A DNA stretch of 64,000 nt, from positions 11,974 to 75,973 of the forward strand of contig JASLOA010000007.1 of NCBI GenBank assembly GCA_030745755.1, in the 5' to 3' direction. Source of the DNA: Kiritimatiellia bacterium. Its GTDB lineage: Bacteria > Verrucomicrobiota > Kiritimatiellia > UBA8416 > JABMPJ01. The position numbers and the translations under genes were made by a program. The notes below the pieces were generated by a model. The model made no database searches. It worked only from the letters and a program-made list of their open reading frames with translations, and was not told the origin of the DNA. The first letter of the stretch is position 1; every line of letters starts with the position of its first letter. Positions 1 through 9,403 of the stretch are shown one piece after another.

Positions 1-1192
1 CATCCAGCACGGCCAGGGCCGCCGCGGCGCCCGCGCCATCCACGTCGCCCGCGTCCAGAGCCCGGTTGCCATTGTGTACCATGTCGAACAGGGCCGCCAG
101 TGCCTGCGGCATCCCCAGGTCATCCTCCACACCGGCACGAAATCCGTCACGTCCGGCCGCGGCCCAGTCCGGCAGCGAACCCGCTTCGCCTTCAGCCTTC
201 TCGGTGAGACGCGCACGGAACTCATCCAGGCGCCCCAGTGCCGTACGTGCCGCATCGAGGGCCGACAGCGTGAAGTTCAGTTCCTGGCGATAGTGCGCCG
301 ATAGCAGCAGGTAACGGATTTCACGACCGGTATAGCCCTTTTCGACCAGGTCACGCAGCGTGAAGAAATTGCCAAGCGACTTCGCCATCTTCTTGCCGTT
401 CACGCGCAGGTGCTCGCAGTGGAGCCACGTCTGCACAAACGGCTTACCGGTGGCCGCCTCGGCCTGGGCAATCTCGTTCTCGTGGTGCGGAAACATGTTG
501 TCAACGCCCCCGGTATGAATATCAAAGCTCTCGCCGAGGTACTTCATGCTCATGGCCGAGCACTCGATATGCCAGCCCGGGCGGCCGCGACCCCAGGGCG
601 AGTCCCACACCACATCGCCATCGGCCTCGTCCCATGCCTTCCACAGCGCAAAGTCGGCCACGTTGTCCTTTTCGTATTCGTCCTGCGCCACACGGGCGCC
701 CGACTGCAGACCCGAAATGTCGAGATGCGCCAACTTACCGTAGTCGGCGTAGGCACTGACGTTGAAGTAGACCGATCCGTCATCCGACTGGTAGGCCGCT
801 TCATTCTCGAACAGGCGTTCGATCAGGCGGATCATCTCCTCGATATGCTCGGTGGCGGACGGGTAGTGCTCGGCCGGTTCCACACGGAGCGTCTTGAGAT
901 CCTCGAAGAAGGCTTCCTTATAGGGGCGCGTGTAATCATCGAGTGACACCCCGGCCTCGATCGCGCCCCGGATCGTCTTGTCGTCCACATCGGTCAGATT
1001 CATCACCTGCGTGACATCATGGCCTGCGAACGTCAGGACACGCCGCAGGATGTCCTCGAAGATGTAGGCCCGGTAGTTGCCGATGTGGGCGTAGTTGTAG
1101 ACCGTCGGCCCGCACGTATACAGGCCCACCTTGGTGCCGTTCAGTGGCGTAAACGCCTCCACTGCCCGCGACATCGTGTTATAAAGCTTCAT
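1..1192 (-). CDS. cysS: cysteine--tRNA ligase (partial; C-terminus beyond window start)
   Basis: Minus-strand translation from ATG at 1190-1192 reads MKLYNTMSRAVEAFTPLNGTKVGLYTCGPTVYNYAHIGNYRAYIFEDILRR with the class I HIGN motif and a later KMAKS-type motif. The ORF is open to position 1. Confidence 0.9.
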   Translation of the reverse strand, partial: MKLYNTMSRAVEAFTPLNGTKVGLYTCGPTVYNYAHIGNYRAYIFEDILRRVLTFAGHDVTQVMNLTDVDDKTIRGAIEAGVSLDDYTRPYKEAFFEDLKTLRVEPAEHYPSATEHIEEMIRLIERLFENEAAYQSDDGSVYFNVSAYADYGKLAHLDISGLQSGARVAQDEYEKDNVADFALWKAWDEADGDVVWDSPWGRGRPGWHIECSAMSMKYLGESFDIHTGGVDNMFPHHENEIAQAEAATGKPFVQTWLHCEHLRVNGKKMAKSLGNFFTLRDLVEKGYTGREIRYLLLSAHYRQELNFTLSALDAARTALGRLDEFRARLTEKAEGEAGSLPDWAAAGRDGFRAGVEDDLGMPQALAALFDMVHNGNRALDAGDVDGAGAAAALAVLD

Positions 1193-1700
1193 CTGCGCCT
1201 GTTTCCTGTTCTTCCCCTGCCGCCCGACACACCGTCGCGGTTGCCATCACGGCCACTCCCTCAGCGCGTCCCAGCGCGCCCATCTTCTCTACGGTCGTGC
1301 CTTTCACCGACACGCACGACACGTCGACGCCCATCGCTGTCGCCAGGTTGCGGCGCATCGCCGCCACGTGCGGGGCAATCCTGGGCGCCTCGGCAATCAC
1401 CGTGGCATCCACATTGCCGACCAACCACCCGCCATCTGAGAGTCGCGCGCGCACCTGCCGCAGCAGTTCGATGCTGTCGGCGTCCTTCCACTGCGCATCG
1501 CTGTCCGGAAAATGCTGCCCAATATCGCCGTCCGCCACGGCGCCCAGCAGGGCATCCGAGATGGCATGGCAGAGCACATCGGCATCTGAATGGCCCAGCA
1601 ATCCGGCTTCGTGCGGGATGTCCACCCCGCCCAACACCAATCGTCGGCCCACCTCAAAGCGATGCGCATCAAAGCCGATTCCGGTCCTATGATTAAGCAT
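1179..1700 (-). CDS. ispF: 2-C-methyl-D-erythritol 2,4-cyclodiphosphate synthase
   Basis: ORF 1179..1718 (-) contains MLNHRTGIGFDAHRF...GHSDADVLCHA, typical of IspF. Start is probably the Met at 1700; alternatives are 1712 and 1718. The stop overlaps the cysS start by 14 nt, consistent with an ispF-cysS operon. Confidence 0.85.
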   Translation of the reverse strand: MLNHRTGIGFDAHRFEVGRRLVLGGVDIPHEAGLLGHSDADVLCHAISDALLGAVADGDIGQHFPDSDAQWKDADSIELLRQVRARLSDGGWLVGNVDATVIAEAPRIAPHVAAMRRNLATAMGVDVSCVSVKGTTVEKMGALGRAEGVAVMATATVCRAAGEEQETGADEAL

Positions 1701-1738
1701 GTTTGACAGCATACGCAAAGGTGGGTAACACTGACAAC

Positions 1739-2587
1739 ATGAATCAGAAAAGAGCTACATCGAGGAATGGCGGCGAGCCGTTCCCCTGCGACGTTGCCGA
1801 CATTCGTCGGCCTGTCTCACTCCGTTCGGCTGTGCCGCAGGAAACAGAGATCTCTGCCTCCCACGACGCAAGGTCGTGGGGGAGCAAGGCTGCGGCCCTT
1901 CGCCTGACTTGGATACTGGGCGTGCTGCTTGTTCTGTGTGCGCTCCCGGCCTCTGCTGCCCCGATCCCCAAGGCCCTTCGCCAGACCACCTTTGTGGCGT
2001 TTGATGTGGAGACGACGGGATTGAGTGCGGCGAAGGACCGTGTCATTGAGATTGGGGCGGTCAAGGTGCGGGCAGGACGGATCATCGGGCGCCAGGTATG
2101 GTTGATCAACCCGGGCCGGCCCATTCCCTATGCCACGACGCGTGTTCACGGCCTCACCGACGAGGATGTCGCCGAGGCGCCGAGTTTCAGAGACGTCTAT
2201 TCCGAATTTGTTGCTTTCGTGAAAGGCGCCATTCTCGTGGCACACAATGCGGGATTCGATGTGCGTTTCATGGCACACGAGGCGCAGCGCAACGACCTGC
2301 CTTTCCCGCCCGAACCGGTGTTGGATAATCTGCGCCTGGCGCGGAAGTGGTGGCCGGAGCTGGAGAGCCACAGCTTGAAGCCTGTCGCCGAGCACCTCAA
2401 AATCGAATCCGGGCGCTACCACCGCGCGCTGGACGATTCGGGAGCACTGGCCAAGGTCTTCACCATCGGCCTGCGTCAGATGCCGGCAGACACCACGGTC
2501 AGCAACCTGCTGGAAGCTGCCGGCAGTCCGCTATACATCAAGGGCGCTATTCCGCTGGATGGCGCAGGCACAAAGACCGCGCGTTGA
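1739..2587 (+). CDS. DnaQ-like (DEDDh) 3'-5' exonuclease with N-terminal hydrophobic segment
   Basis: Motifs FVAFDVETTGL (ExoI), HNAGFDVRF (ExoII) and YHRALDDS (ExoIII). An N-terminal segment LRLTWILGVLLVLCALPASAAP looks like a signal peptide or TM anchor. Start is uncertain (1703 or 1739). Confidence 0.7.
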   Translation: MNQKRATSRNGGEPFPCDVADIRRPVSLRSAVPQETEISASHDARSWGSKAAALRLTWILGVLLVLCALPASAAPIPKALRQTTFVAFDVETTGLSAAKDRVIEIGAVKVRAGRIIGRQVWLINPGRPIPYATTRVHGLTDEDVAEAPSFRDVYSEFVAFVKGAILVAHNAGFDVRFMAHEAQRNDLPFPPEPVLDNLRLARKWWPELESHSLKPVAEHLKIESGRYHRALDDSGALAKVFTIGLRQMPADTTVSNLLEAAGSPLYIKGAIPLDGAGTKTAR

Positions 2588-3331
2588 GGCGGTAATAAAG
2601 GCGGCAAACTCGCTGGCCGGCCCTTCGGGGAAGAGCTCCTCCAGCCGATCCTTGGCCTGTGATGCGTTGAACCCCGAGAGAAAGAGCACTTTGAACGCGC
2701 GCTGCACAGCCTTGCGCTCCTCAAAGGACATGCCCGAACGGCGCATGCCGACCACGTTCAAGCCGATGACCGTATTGTGTTCCGCATTTTTGAGCATACA
2801 GAAAGGCGGTACGTCCTTGGTGGCGACAGCCCCCCCGCCCAGCATCGCCAGCCGGCCGATCTTCACAAACTGATGCACGCCCACGTTGCCGCTGACGAAC
2901 GCGCGCTCGCCTACTTCCACGTACCCGGCCAGCAGCGCGCCGTTGGCCAGGATCACGTTGTTGGCCAACACCACGTTGTGGGCCAGGTGAGAGAACGCCA
3001 TCAGGAAACACTCATCGCCGACAACCGTCTCGGAGCCCTCCTCCGTGCCGCGATGAATGGTCACGCCTTCACGGATAACGCAGTCGTTGCCAATGGCCAC
3101 GCTCGAGGATGTGTTCTTGAAACCCACATCCTGTGGCGTATCGCCCAACACCGCACCGGCATGCACCTCGCAGCCACTGCCCATGGTGACGGATCCGAAA
3201 ATCGTGGCCTGGGGCCCGATGGTGCAGCCGTCGCCGATTACCGCGCCATCCATAATACAGGTAAAGGGACCGACCTCGACGTTGGTTCCCAGTTCCGCGC
3301 CTTTGTCAATTACAGCCGTCTCATGAATCAT
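2531..3331 (-). CDS. lpxA: acyl-ACP--UDP-N-acetylglucosamine O-acyltransferase
   Basis: 266 aa beginning MIHETAVIDKGAELGTNVEVGPFTCI, with left-handed beta-helix hexapeptide repeats; typical LpxA N-terminus and length. Confidence 0.85.
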   Translation of the reverse strand: MIHETAVIDKGAELGTNVEVGPFTCIMDGAVIGDGCTIGPQATIFGSVTMGSGCEVHAGAVLGDTPQDVGFKNTSSSVAIGNDCVIREGVTIHRGTEEGSETVVGDECFLMAFSHLAHNVVLANNVILANGALLAGYVEVGERAFVSGNVGVHQFVKIGRLAMLGGGAVATKDVPPFCMLKNAEHNTVIGLNVVGMRRSGMSFEERKAVQRAFKVLFLSGFNASQAKDRLEELFPEGPASEFAAFITASTRGLCACAIQRNSALDV

Positions 3332-3387
3332 CCCAATCTCCCTAGTGTGCCGTCACCCAACCAGACTCTGAAAACATGCACGTTATT

Positions 3388-3460
3388 GTCATTCCGAGCG
3401 AAGCCGAGGAATCTCCGCCCTATCGACGAGGCAGAGATCCCTCGGCAAGCTCGGGATGAC
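3388..3460. repeat. REP/MITE-like palindromic element (copy a)
   Basis: GTCATTCCGAGCGAAGCCGAGGAATCTC ...17 nt... GAGATCCCTCGGCAAGCTCGGGATGAC. The two 28-bp arms are inverted copies. Intergenic between lpxA and radC. Confidence 0.6.
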
Positions 3461-3567
3461 CGTCACCTGCTCTTTTCCCGTAAGTGTCTATGCCCATGAG
3501 CCAACCGGCTTGCCGGTGGCTTCCTCGGGATGACGCACCCGTAACAGAAAGCAATGATGACACTCCC

Positions 3568-4314
3568 CTAGAATGCTACCAATCCCTCTTCTCGCATACT
3601 CATAAATGCCCGGCCGGAATCGTGTCCCGGTCGTCCCAGAACCACATGGTCGAGCACCTTAATATCGACAATCTTGCCCGCATCAATCAGTTGGCGCGTG
3701 ATACGGATGTCTTCGGCTGATGGCGTGGGATCACCCGACGGGTGATTGTGCGCCAGCACCACGGCCGCCGCGGATGATCGTACGGCCTCTCTGAAGATCT
3801 CACGGGGATGCACCAGGCTTGCATTGAGCAGCCCCTGTGTCACAGCCTTCGGCCGGCCCTTGGCCACGTTCTTGGCATTCAGGTGCACCACCCAGAACAC
3901 CTCCGATTCCAGCGTGCGCACGCGCGGCCCCAGCAGCGATGCCACGTCCTCGGGTGTCCGCACCACGGCGTCGCCGGGCAAGGCTTCATCGTGCAGTCTG
4001 CGTCCTGTCTCAAGTGCGGCCTTAAGCAGAATGGCCTTGGTCCGCCCCACTCCCTTGAAGGCCATCAACTCGTCGATCGATGCGGCAGCCAACGCTGTCA
4101 GCGATCCGTCATAGTGCTTCAGCATGCCGCGGGCCAGGTCGACGACATTGAGGCCCTGCGACCCGCTGCCCAGCAGGATTGCCAGCAGCATATCATCGGT
4201 CACATTCTCTTCGCCCACACGCTCCATGGCCTCGCGCGGCCGAAGCTGGGCGGGGATATCCCGCACCTGCCAGCGGCTTGGCTCGATCACGTAGGCTATG
4301 TTGCTGTCCGTACT
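3568..4314 (-). CDS. radC: RadC-family JAMM/MPN domain protein
   Basis: Has HTH-like GSGSQGLNVVDLARGMLKHYGSL, a JAMM motif HNHPSGDPTPSAED and a C-terminal HVVLGR. GTG start at 4314 overlaps the miaA stop. Confidence 0.8.
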   Translation of the reverse strand, partial: STDSNIAYVIEPSRWQVRDIPAQLRPREAMERVGEENVTDDMLLAILLGSGSQGLNVVDLARGMLKHYDGSLTALAAASIDELMAFKGVGRTKAILLKAALETGRRLHDEALPGDAVVRTPEDVASLLGPRVRTLESEVFWVVHLNAKNVAKGRPKAVTQGLLNASLVHPREIFREAVRSSAAAVVLAHNHPSGDPTPSAEDIRITRQLIDAGKIVDIKVLDHVVLGRPGHDSGRAFMSMREEGLVAF

Positions 4315-5246
4315 CACTCCACAATCCCGGTTGGGCCCTGCCGGTCCCACTGTGCCCACACGGCCTCAGCGAGATCGACCACACTAGTATCGGCTGTTAC
4401 ATCTATCCACTCGACCGCCGCCTGTGTGCGCAGCCAGGTACGCTGTCGCTTGGCCAGTTGGCGTGTACGCGTGGCGGTCCGTTCAATGGCCTCTTCCTGC
4501 GAACACTGCCCCTTCAGCAGCGCTATGGCCTCTGCATAGCCGATCGCCTGGCGGGCCGTCCTGGACATGCCGGACTCGCTCAACAGCAGGCCACGCACTT
4601 CGTCCAACAGCCCCTGACCATACATGGCCCGCACGCGCTGCTCAATCCTCGACTTCAGCAGGTCCGGGTCCACCTTGAGCGCCGCCATGGGCGTGCTATC
4701 GACCTCTCGGTTCCAGTTGCGGGGCGGGGCCTCGAGACCCGCGGCCGCCCATTCAAGGAAGCGCACCAATCGCCGCCCGTTGTCGGGATCATCAATGGCT
4801 TCGTACAAGGAAGGGCTCTGCTCTTTCAGCGCCGCTGCCAGCGGGGCCACCCCCTCCTCTGCGAGGATGCCTTCCCAGTGCGAGCGCAGGGTCGGATCGG
4901 GACCGGGTGCATCGGCAAATCCGTGTGTTAGCGCCTTGAGATAGAGCCCGGTACCCCCCACCACAATGGCGCGGCGTCCCCTCTTCTCGATCTCGGCCAG
5001 CGACTTGAGGGCATACGCGCGGTACTGCCAGCTGTTGAACGTCTCGGCGGCGGACGCCAGGTCGATGCCATGGTACGGCACCGTGCCACGCTCCTCCGGT
5101 GTGGGTTTGGCCGTGCCGATATCCATTCCGCGGTAGATCAACATCGAATCGGCCGACAGAATCTCAAGGCCGTGCTGTGCAGCCAGTTGATGGGCCATTG
5201 CGGTCTTGCCCGAGGCCGTAGGGCCCGCCAGAAAATAGGCTTCCAT
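4314..5246 (-). CDS. miaA: tRNA dimethylallyltransferase
   Basis: P-loop GPTASGKT near the N-terminus and 310 aa MiaA-like sequence throughout. Confidence 0.9.
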   Translation of the reverse strand: MEAYFLAGPTASGKTAMAHQLAAQHGLEILSADSMLIYRGMDIGTAKPTPEERGTVPYHGIDLASAAETFNSWQYRAYALKSLAEIEKRGRRAIVVGGTGLYLKALTHGFADAPGPDPTLRSHWEGILAEEGVAPLAAALKEQSPSLYEAIDDPDNGRRLVRFLEWAAAGLEAPPRNWNREVDSTPMAALKVDPDLLKSRIEQRVRAMYGQGLLDEVRGLLLSESGMSRTARQAIGYAEAIALLKGQCSQEEAIERTATRTRQLAKRQRTWLRTQAAVEWIDVTADTSVVDLAEAVWAQWDRQGPTGIVE

Positions 5247-5254
5247 GCTCCACC

Positions 5255-5779
5255 TCAGTCGCCGGTTGCCGGCGCAGCGTCGGGGCCGGGTGCTTCCACG
5301 ACTTCGTCAGCCCCGGCCTGCCCCGGCCAGATCTGAGTCAGGATATAGAGTCCCACGCCCACGCAGATCGCGGAATCAGCCACATTGAAGGCCGGAAAAT
5401 GATGATTGCTAATGCGTTTCAGCCAGTAGAAATCAATAAAGTCCACCACGTAACCCAGCCGTACGCGGTCGATCAGGTTGCCGACAATGCCACCAATCAT
5501 GAGGGCCGTGGCACAGCGATGCACCAGGGAATCGGTCATGATCGACCGGCGGAACACCACCAGCACAACCAGCATCACCAACGAGATAAGGACCAGCCAG
5601 TGGCTGAACCCCGCCAACATGCCCCAGGCCGCACCTGTGTTGCGAATGTAGTGAAAGTCGAGAAGACGCGGAATGACTTGAACGTAGTCGCCCACGTGAA
5701 AGCGCTGCTGGACCAGGGTCTTGGTGGCCTGGTCCAGAAACGCAATCGCGAAACTCAACCATAAGATCAGCATGCGCAC
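5255..5779 (-). CDS. lspA: lipoprotein signal peptidase II
   Basis: 174 aa polytopic membrane protein with conserved NTGAAWG and FNVAD motifs. Confidence 0.85.
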   Translation of the reverse strand: MRMLILWLSFAIAFLDQATKTLVQQRFHVGDYVQVIPRLLDFHYIRNTGAAWGMLAGFSHWLVLISLVMLVVLVVFRRSIMTDSLVHRCATALMIGGIVGNLIDRVRLGYVVDFIDFYWLKRISNHHFPAFNVADSAICVGVGLYILTQIWPGQAGADEVVEAPGPDAAPATGD

Positions 5780-5832
5780 TCCCTCGGTGTCGCCAGTATC
5801 CCATTGCAGAACTGCTTCTGTGCAACGGGTGT

Positions 5833-5904
5833 GTCATCCCGAGCGAAGTCGAGGGATCTCTGCTCCGACATGAATATGAGATTCCTCGCTTCGCTCGGAA
5901 TGAC
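5833..5904. repeat. REP/MITE-like palindromic element (copy b)
   Basis: GTCATCCCGAGCGAAGTCGAGGGATCTC ...spacer... GAGATTCCTCGCTTCGCTCGGAATGAC. Same family as 3388-3460. Confidence 0.6.
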
Positions 5905-5945
5905 AAAGACTCACATAGTTTGAAAGATTGCCTGCGTGGCAGGTC

Positions 5946-6869
5946 CTAGTCAATCGTAATGGGCGGACGGTAGCCGGGGCGGTGTTTCTCGACCTCGGAC
6001 TGGCACGAGATGCAGTTCTGGACAAAGGGAAGCGCCTTGAGCCGGGCCTTCTCGATGCCGCCACCACACTCATGACACTTGCCGTACGACCCTTCTTCGA
6101 TGCGCTTGAGGGCAACGTCAATCGCGATCAGGGCCTCGTTCTCCGAGCTCGCCAGGTTAAGGGCGAACTGGCGATCGAACGCGTCAGTTCCATCTTCCTC
6201 GATGTTGACCTCGTCCGCACGCGTGAGGGATTCACTCTTGAGCGATTTGATCTGGCCGGCGATACGGTCACGTATATCGAGAAGCTGGAGACGGTACTTC
6301 TCCCTCTGCTTCGCGCCCATAGCGCGGTAGCCACGCGGCTTCACAGTGTGATTGTTCGACTTCTTACGTCCGGGGCGCAGGACCTCGATCTTCTGGGGAG
6401 TCACTTTCGGGCGGGGAGCGAGCGGATCGTTTTCCAGTGTCTTCTTCTTGCGACGGGCACGCTTCCTCGGTGCCGGCCCCTTTACAGCAGCGTCCTTCTC
6501 CGGAGCCGCCTTTTTTCCCTCCGTAGCTTTAGCGGAAGAGGGCTTCTTCGCAGCAGACTTCTTCGCGGGAGCCTTCTTCGCGGCAGGCTTCTTCGCGGCA
6601 GGTTTCTTCGCAGCAGCCTTCTTAGCGGGAGCCTTCTTAACTGCCTTCTTAACTGCCTTCTTCGGGGTCGCCTTCTTCGGGGTCGCCTTCTTGGACGCAG
6701 CCTTTTTACCCGCCGTAGCTTTAGCGGAGGAGGGCTTCTTGGGAGCGCTCTTCTTTGCGGACTTCTTCGCTGGCTTCCTGGGAGCTGGTTTCGACACCTT
6801 CTTCTTGGCCTTGGTTGCTACCTTCTTCTTGGTCGTCGTGCGCTTGGCGCTACTCTTCTTGGCTGGCAT
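5946..6869 (-). CDS. DksA/TraR C4 zinc-finger protein with histone-H1-like Lys/Ala-rich N-terminal tail
   Basis: Start Met at 6869 (MPAKKSSAKR..., RBS GGAGA). About 200 aa of AKK/PKK repeats, then a coiled-coil and the DksA-type zinc finger CHECGGGIEKARLKALPFVQNCISC. Confidence 0.75.
   Translation of the reverse strand: MPAKKSSAKRTTTKKKVATKAKKKVSKPAPRKPAKKSAKKSAPKKPSSAKATAGKKAASKKATPKKATPKKAVKKAVKKAPAKKAAAKKPAAKKPAAKKAPAKKSAAKKPSSAKATEGKKAAPEKDAAVKGPAPRKRARRKKKTLENDPLAPRPKVTPQKIEVLRPGRKKSNNHTVKPRGYRAMGAKQREKYRLQLLDIRDRIAGQIKSLKSESLTRADEVNIEEDGTDAFDRQFALNLASSENEALIAIDVALKRIEEGSYGKCHECGGGIEKARLKALPFVQNCISCQSEVEKHRPGYRPPITID
6480..6800. repeat. tandem 12-15-bp and ~50-bp direct repeats inside the DksA-like gene
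   Basis: Reiterated gccttcttcgc(g/a)g(c/g)ag units encoding the AKKA/PAKK repeats. A ~50-bp duplication appears near 6507 and 6700. Confidence 0.6.
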
Positions 6870-7050
6870 TCTCGTCTCCCCGTCTGAATTTGAGTGCGGG
6901 AAGCTATCATAGCCGCTACAGGCTGTCAACACATGGTGCTCAGCGTCTTTGGGCCGCCTTTTTGCCTCTCGCCAGTCCAATTTCCTTGTCCGCTGCGAAA
7001 CACAGGTGCTAGGGTCTCCGTTTTCCACAGATCGATGGAGAAGCCGACTT

Positions 7051-8595
7051 ATGGAACACGACGACTGGATCGCCATACTTGATTTCGGGTCGCAGTACAG
7101 CCAGCTTATTGCCCGCCGTATCCGCGAGCAGAAAGTCTATTCCGAGCTGCTGCGTTTTGACACCACGGCCGAAGAGCTGCGCAAGCGTAAACCGGCCGGC
7201 ATCGTTCTCTCGGGCGGACCGTCCAGTGTCTTCGACGATGAAGCCCCGCAGTGTGATCCCGCCCTTTTCGATATGGGCATTCCGGTCCTCGGCATCTGTT
7301 ACGGCATGCAGCTCACGGCCCGCACCCTGGGCGGCGATGTAAAACCGGGCGAGGCCCGCGAGTACGGACAGGCCACGATTGAAATCGTCGACCACGCATC
7401 CATCTTCAGCGACCTGCCTGACGAGGCCACGGTCTGGATGAGCCACGGCGACCAGGTGGCCGCCCTGCCCGACGGCTTCAGGGCATTGGCCCAGACCGGC
7501 ACCTGTCCCTATGCGGCGATGGGCAATGACGAGCGGCGCATCTACGGACTACAGTTTCACCCGGAAGTGGTACACACCCCGCGTGGGGTCGACATCCTGC
7601 GCCATTTTGTCTTCGACGCCTGCGGCTGTGGCGGGACCTGGGAGATGGCCCAGTTCATCAAGAGCAGCGTCGCCGCCATCCGTGAACAGGTCGGCACTGA
7701 GCATGTCGTTCTCGGCCTCAGTGGTGGCGTAGACTCCTCCGTTGTGGCGGCCCTGCTGCACAAGGCCATCGGCGATCAGCTGCACTGCATCTTTGTCGAC
7801 AATGGCGTGCTGCGCTACAGGGAGTCCGAACAGGTTGAGCACATGTTTGGCGAGACATTCGGCATGGACCTGCACGTCGTCGACGCCGCCGATCTCTTCC
7901 TCGGCAAGCTGGCAGGGGTTGAAGACCCGGAGAAGAAGCGCAAGATCATCGGCAACACGTTCATCGATGTCTTCGCCGACGAGGCGCGCAAGCTGGGCGA
8001 TGTTAAATACCTCGCCCAGGGAACGCTCTACCCGGACGTCATCGAGAGCTTCTCCCCCATCGGCGGCCCCTCCGCCACGATCAAGAGTCATCACAACGTT
8101 GGTGGGCTCCCGGATGACCTGCATTTTCAGCTGATTGAGCCGGTGCGCGAACTCTTCAAGGATGAAGTGCGCGCGCTGGGGCGTGAATTGGGACTGCCCG
8201 ACCATGTGGTCGATCGCCAGCCCTTCCCGGGCCCCGGCCTGGCTGTACGTATCGTGGGCGAAGTCACCGCTGAACGCGTGGCCCTGCTCCAGCAAGCCGA
8301 CTTGCGTATTCTCGAAGAGCTGGCCACGCTGCCCGATCACAAAGATATCTGGCAATCGTTCGGGGTACTCCTGCCGGTCCAGAGCGTAGGTGTCATGGGC
8401 GACAGCCGCACCTACGAGAATGTCCTCGCCGTGCGCGCGGTCTCCAGCAAAGACGGCATGACCGCCGACTGGTTCAAGGTGTCGTACGATTGCCTGGGCC
8501 GGATCTCCAACCGCATCATCAACGAAGTCCGCGGCATCAACCGCGTCGTCTACGACATCAGCTCCAAGCCGCCCGCCACGATTGAGTGGGAATAG
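7051..8595 (+). CDS. guaA: GMP synthase (glutamine-hydrolysing)
   Basis: [23 protein letters not shown]..., GATase catalytic Cys in GICYGMQ, PP-loop SGGVDSSV, and a C-terminal IEWE. RBS GGAG upstream of ATG at 7051. Confidence 0.9.
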   Translation: MEHDDWIAILDFGSQYSQLIARRIREQKVYSELLRFDTTAEELRKRKPAGIVLSGGPSSVFDDEAPQCDPALFDMGIPVLGICYGMQLTARTLGGDVKPGEAREYGQATIEIVDHASIFSDLPDEATVWMSHGDQVAALPDGFRALAQTGTCPYAAMGNDERRIYGLQFHPEVVHTPRGVDILRHFVFDACGCGGTWEMAQFIKSSVAAIREQVGTEHVVLGLSGGVDSSVVAALLHKAIGDQLHCIFVDNGVLRYRESEQVEHMFGETFGMDLHVVDAADLFLGKLAGVEDPEKKRKIIGNTFIDVFADEARKLGDVKYLAQGTLYPDVIESFSPIGGPSATIKSHHNVGGLPDDLHFQLIEPVRELFKDEVRALGRELGLPDHVVDRQPFPGPGLAVRIVGEVTAERVALLQQADLRILEELATLPDHKDIWQSFGVLLPVQSVGVMGDSRTYENVLAVRAVSSKDGMTADWFKVSYDCLGRISNRIINEVRGINRVVYDISSKPPATIEWE

Positions 8596-8748
8596 GGGGA
8601 ATTGCCGATTGGTGAATGCCGATTGGTGACCTTGCGAGCTTCGGGCCAGCACCCCTCCTTTTTGGGTTGGCTTTTTGGATCTGCTGTAATATATTATAGA
8701 TATATTTGAGTGCATCAAGCACCTCTGAGTCGTTGTGGAGTGGTTGAT

Positions 8749-9393
8749 ATGGGACGCGATAGCCTTAGTTTGGCGGATCAGGCTTACGAATTGCTGGAAG
8801 CGAGGATCGTGAGTTTGGAGTTGGTGCCGGGCGAGATCTATTCCGAGGCGGAGCTGAGTGCGCTGATCGGGGTCGGTCGAACCCCCATGCGGGAGGGGTT
8901 GCTGCGGTTGGCCAAGGAGAAGCTGGTTGAGATGATTCCGCGGCGGGGAGTGGGTGTGACCCGGATCGACCTGACGCGGCATGTGCCGCTCCTGGAGACG
9001 CGCAAGGCTTTGGATGTGCTGATTGCGACGCGCGCGGCGCGGCGCGTTACGGCGGCGCAGAAGGAGTGGTTATCGACGTCTGCGGACGCGATCCTGGAGG
9101 CGGCGCAGCGCGGGGATACCGATGCGTTTCACGCGATCGATGAGGCGTTGGATGCTTTGCTGGGGGAGGCCTGCAACAACCCCTTCGCGGTGGAAGCGGT
9201 GGCCCATCTTTACGCGCATTGCAGGCGGTTCTGGGTCCACTATGGGGAGCATGTTGACGTGCTGCTGCTGGCTCGGCAGCACGCGGCCCTGATGCAGGCG
9301 GTGGCAGGGGGCGATGAGAGCGAAGCCCGAGAGGCCGTGGAGGCCATTATTGACTATCAGATTGAGTTCACGCGATTGGCGCTGGACTTGTAG
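8749..9393 (+). CDS. GntR-family (FadR/FCD-type) transcriptional regulator
   Basis: N-terminal winged HTH (LELVPGEIYSEAELSALIGVGRTPMREGL) and a C-terminal FCD-like helical domain. Sits upstream of the GRE operon. Confidence 0.8.
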   Translation: MGRDSLSLADQAYELLEARIVSLELVPGEIYSEAELSALIGVGRTPMREGLLRLAKEKLVEMIPRRGVGVTRIDLTRHVPLLETRKALDVLIATRAARRVTAAQKEWLSTSADAILEAAQRGDTDAFHAIDEALDALLGEACNNPFAVEAVAHLYAHCRRFWVHYGEHVDVLLLARQHAALMQAVAGGDESEAREAVEAIIDYQIEFTRLALDL

Positions 9394-9403
9394 AGGATGA
9401 TGA

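Noticed and set aside
5928-6912. + strand ORFs (319 and 186 aa) full of FFAAGFF / LLRGRLL repeats
   Set aside because: Mirror-strand translation of the Lys/Ala repeat region of the DksA-like gene. Low complexity only.
8596-8700. Putative rho-independent terminator after guaA
   Set aside because: Direct repeat GCCGATTGGTGA x2 and a T-rich stretch are present, but no convincing GC-rich stem. Left unannotated.
7549-8982. 477-aa ORF antisense to guaA
   Set aside because: Completely overlaps the strongly conserved guaA frame on the + strand. Typical high-GC antisense open frame with no motifs.
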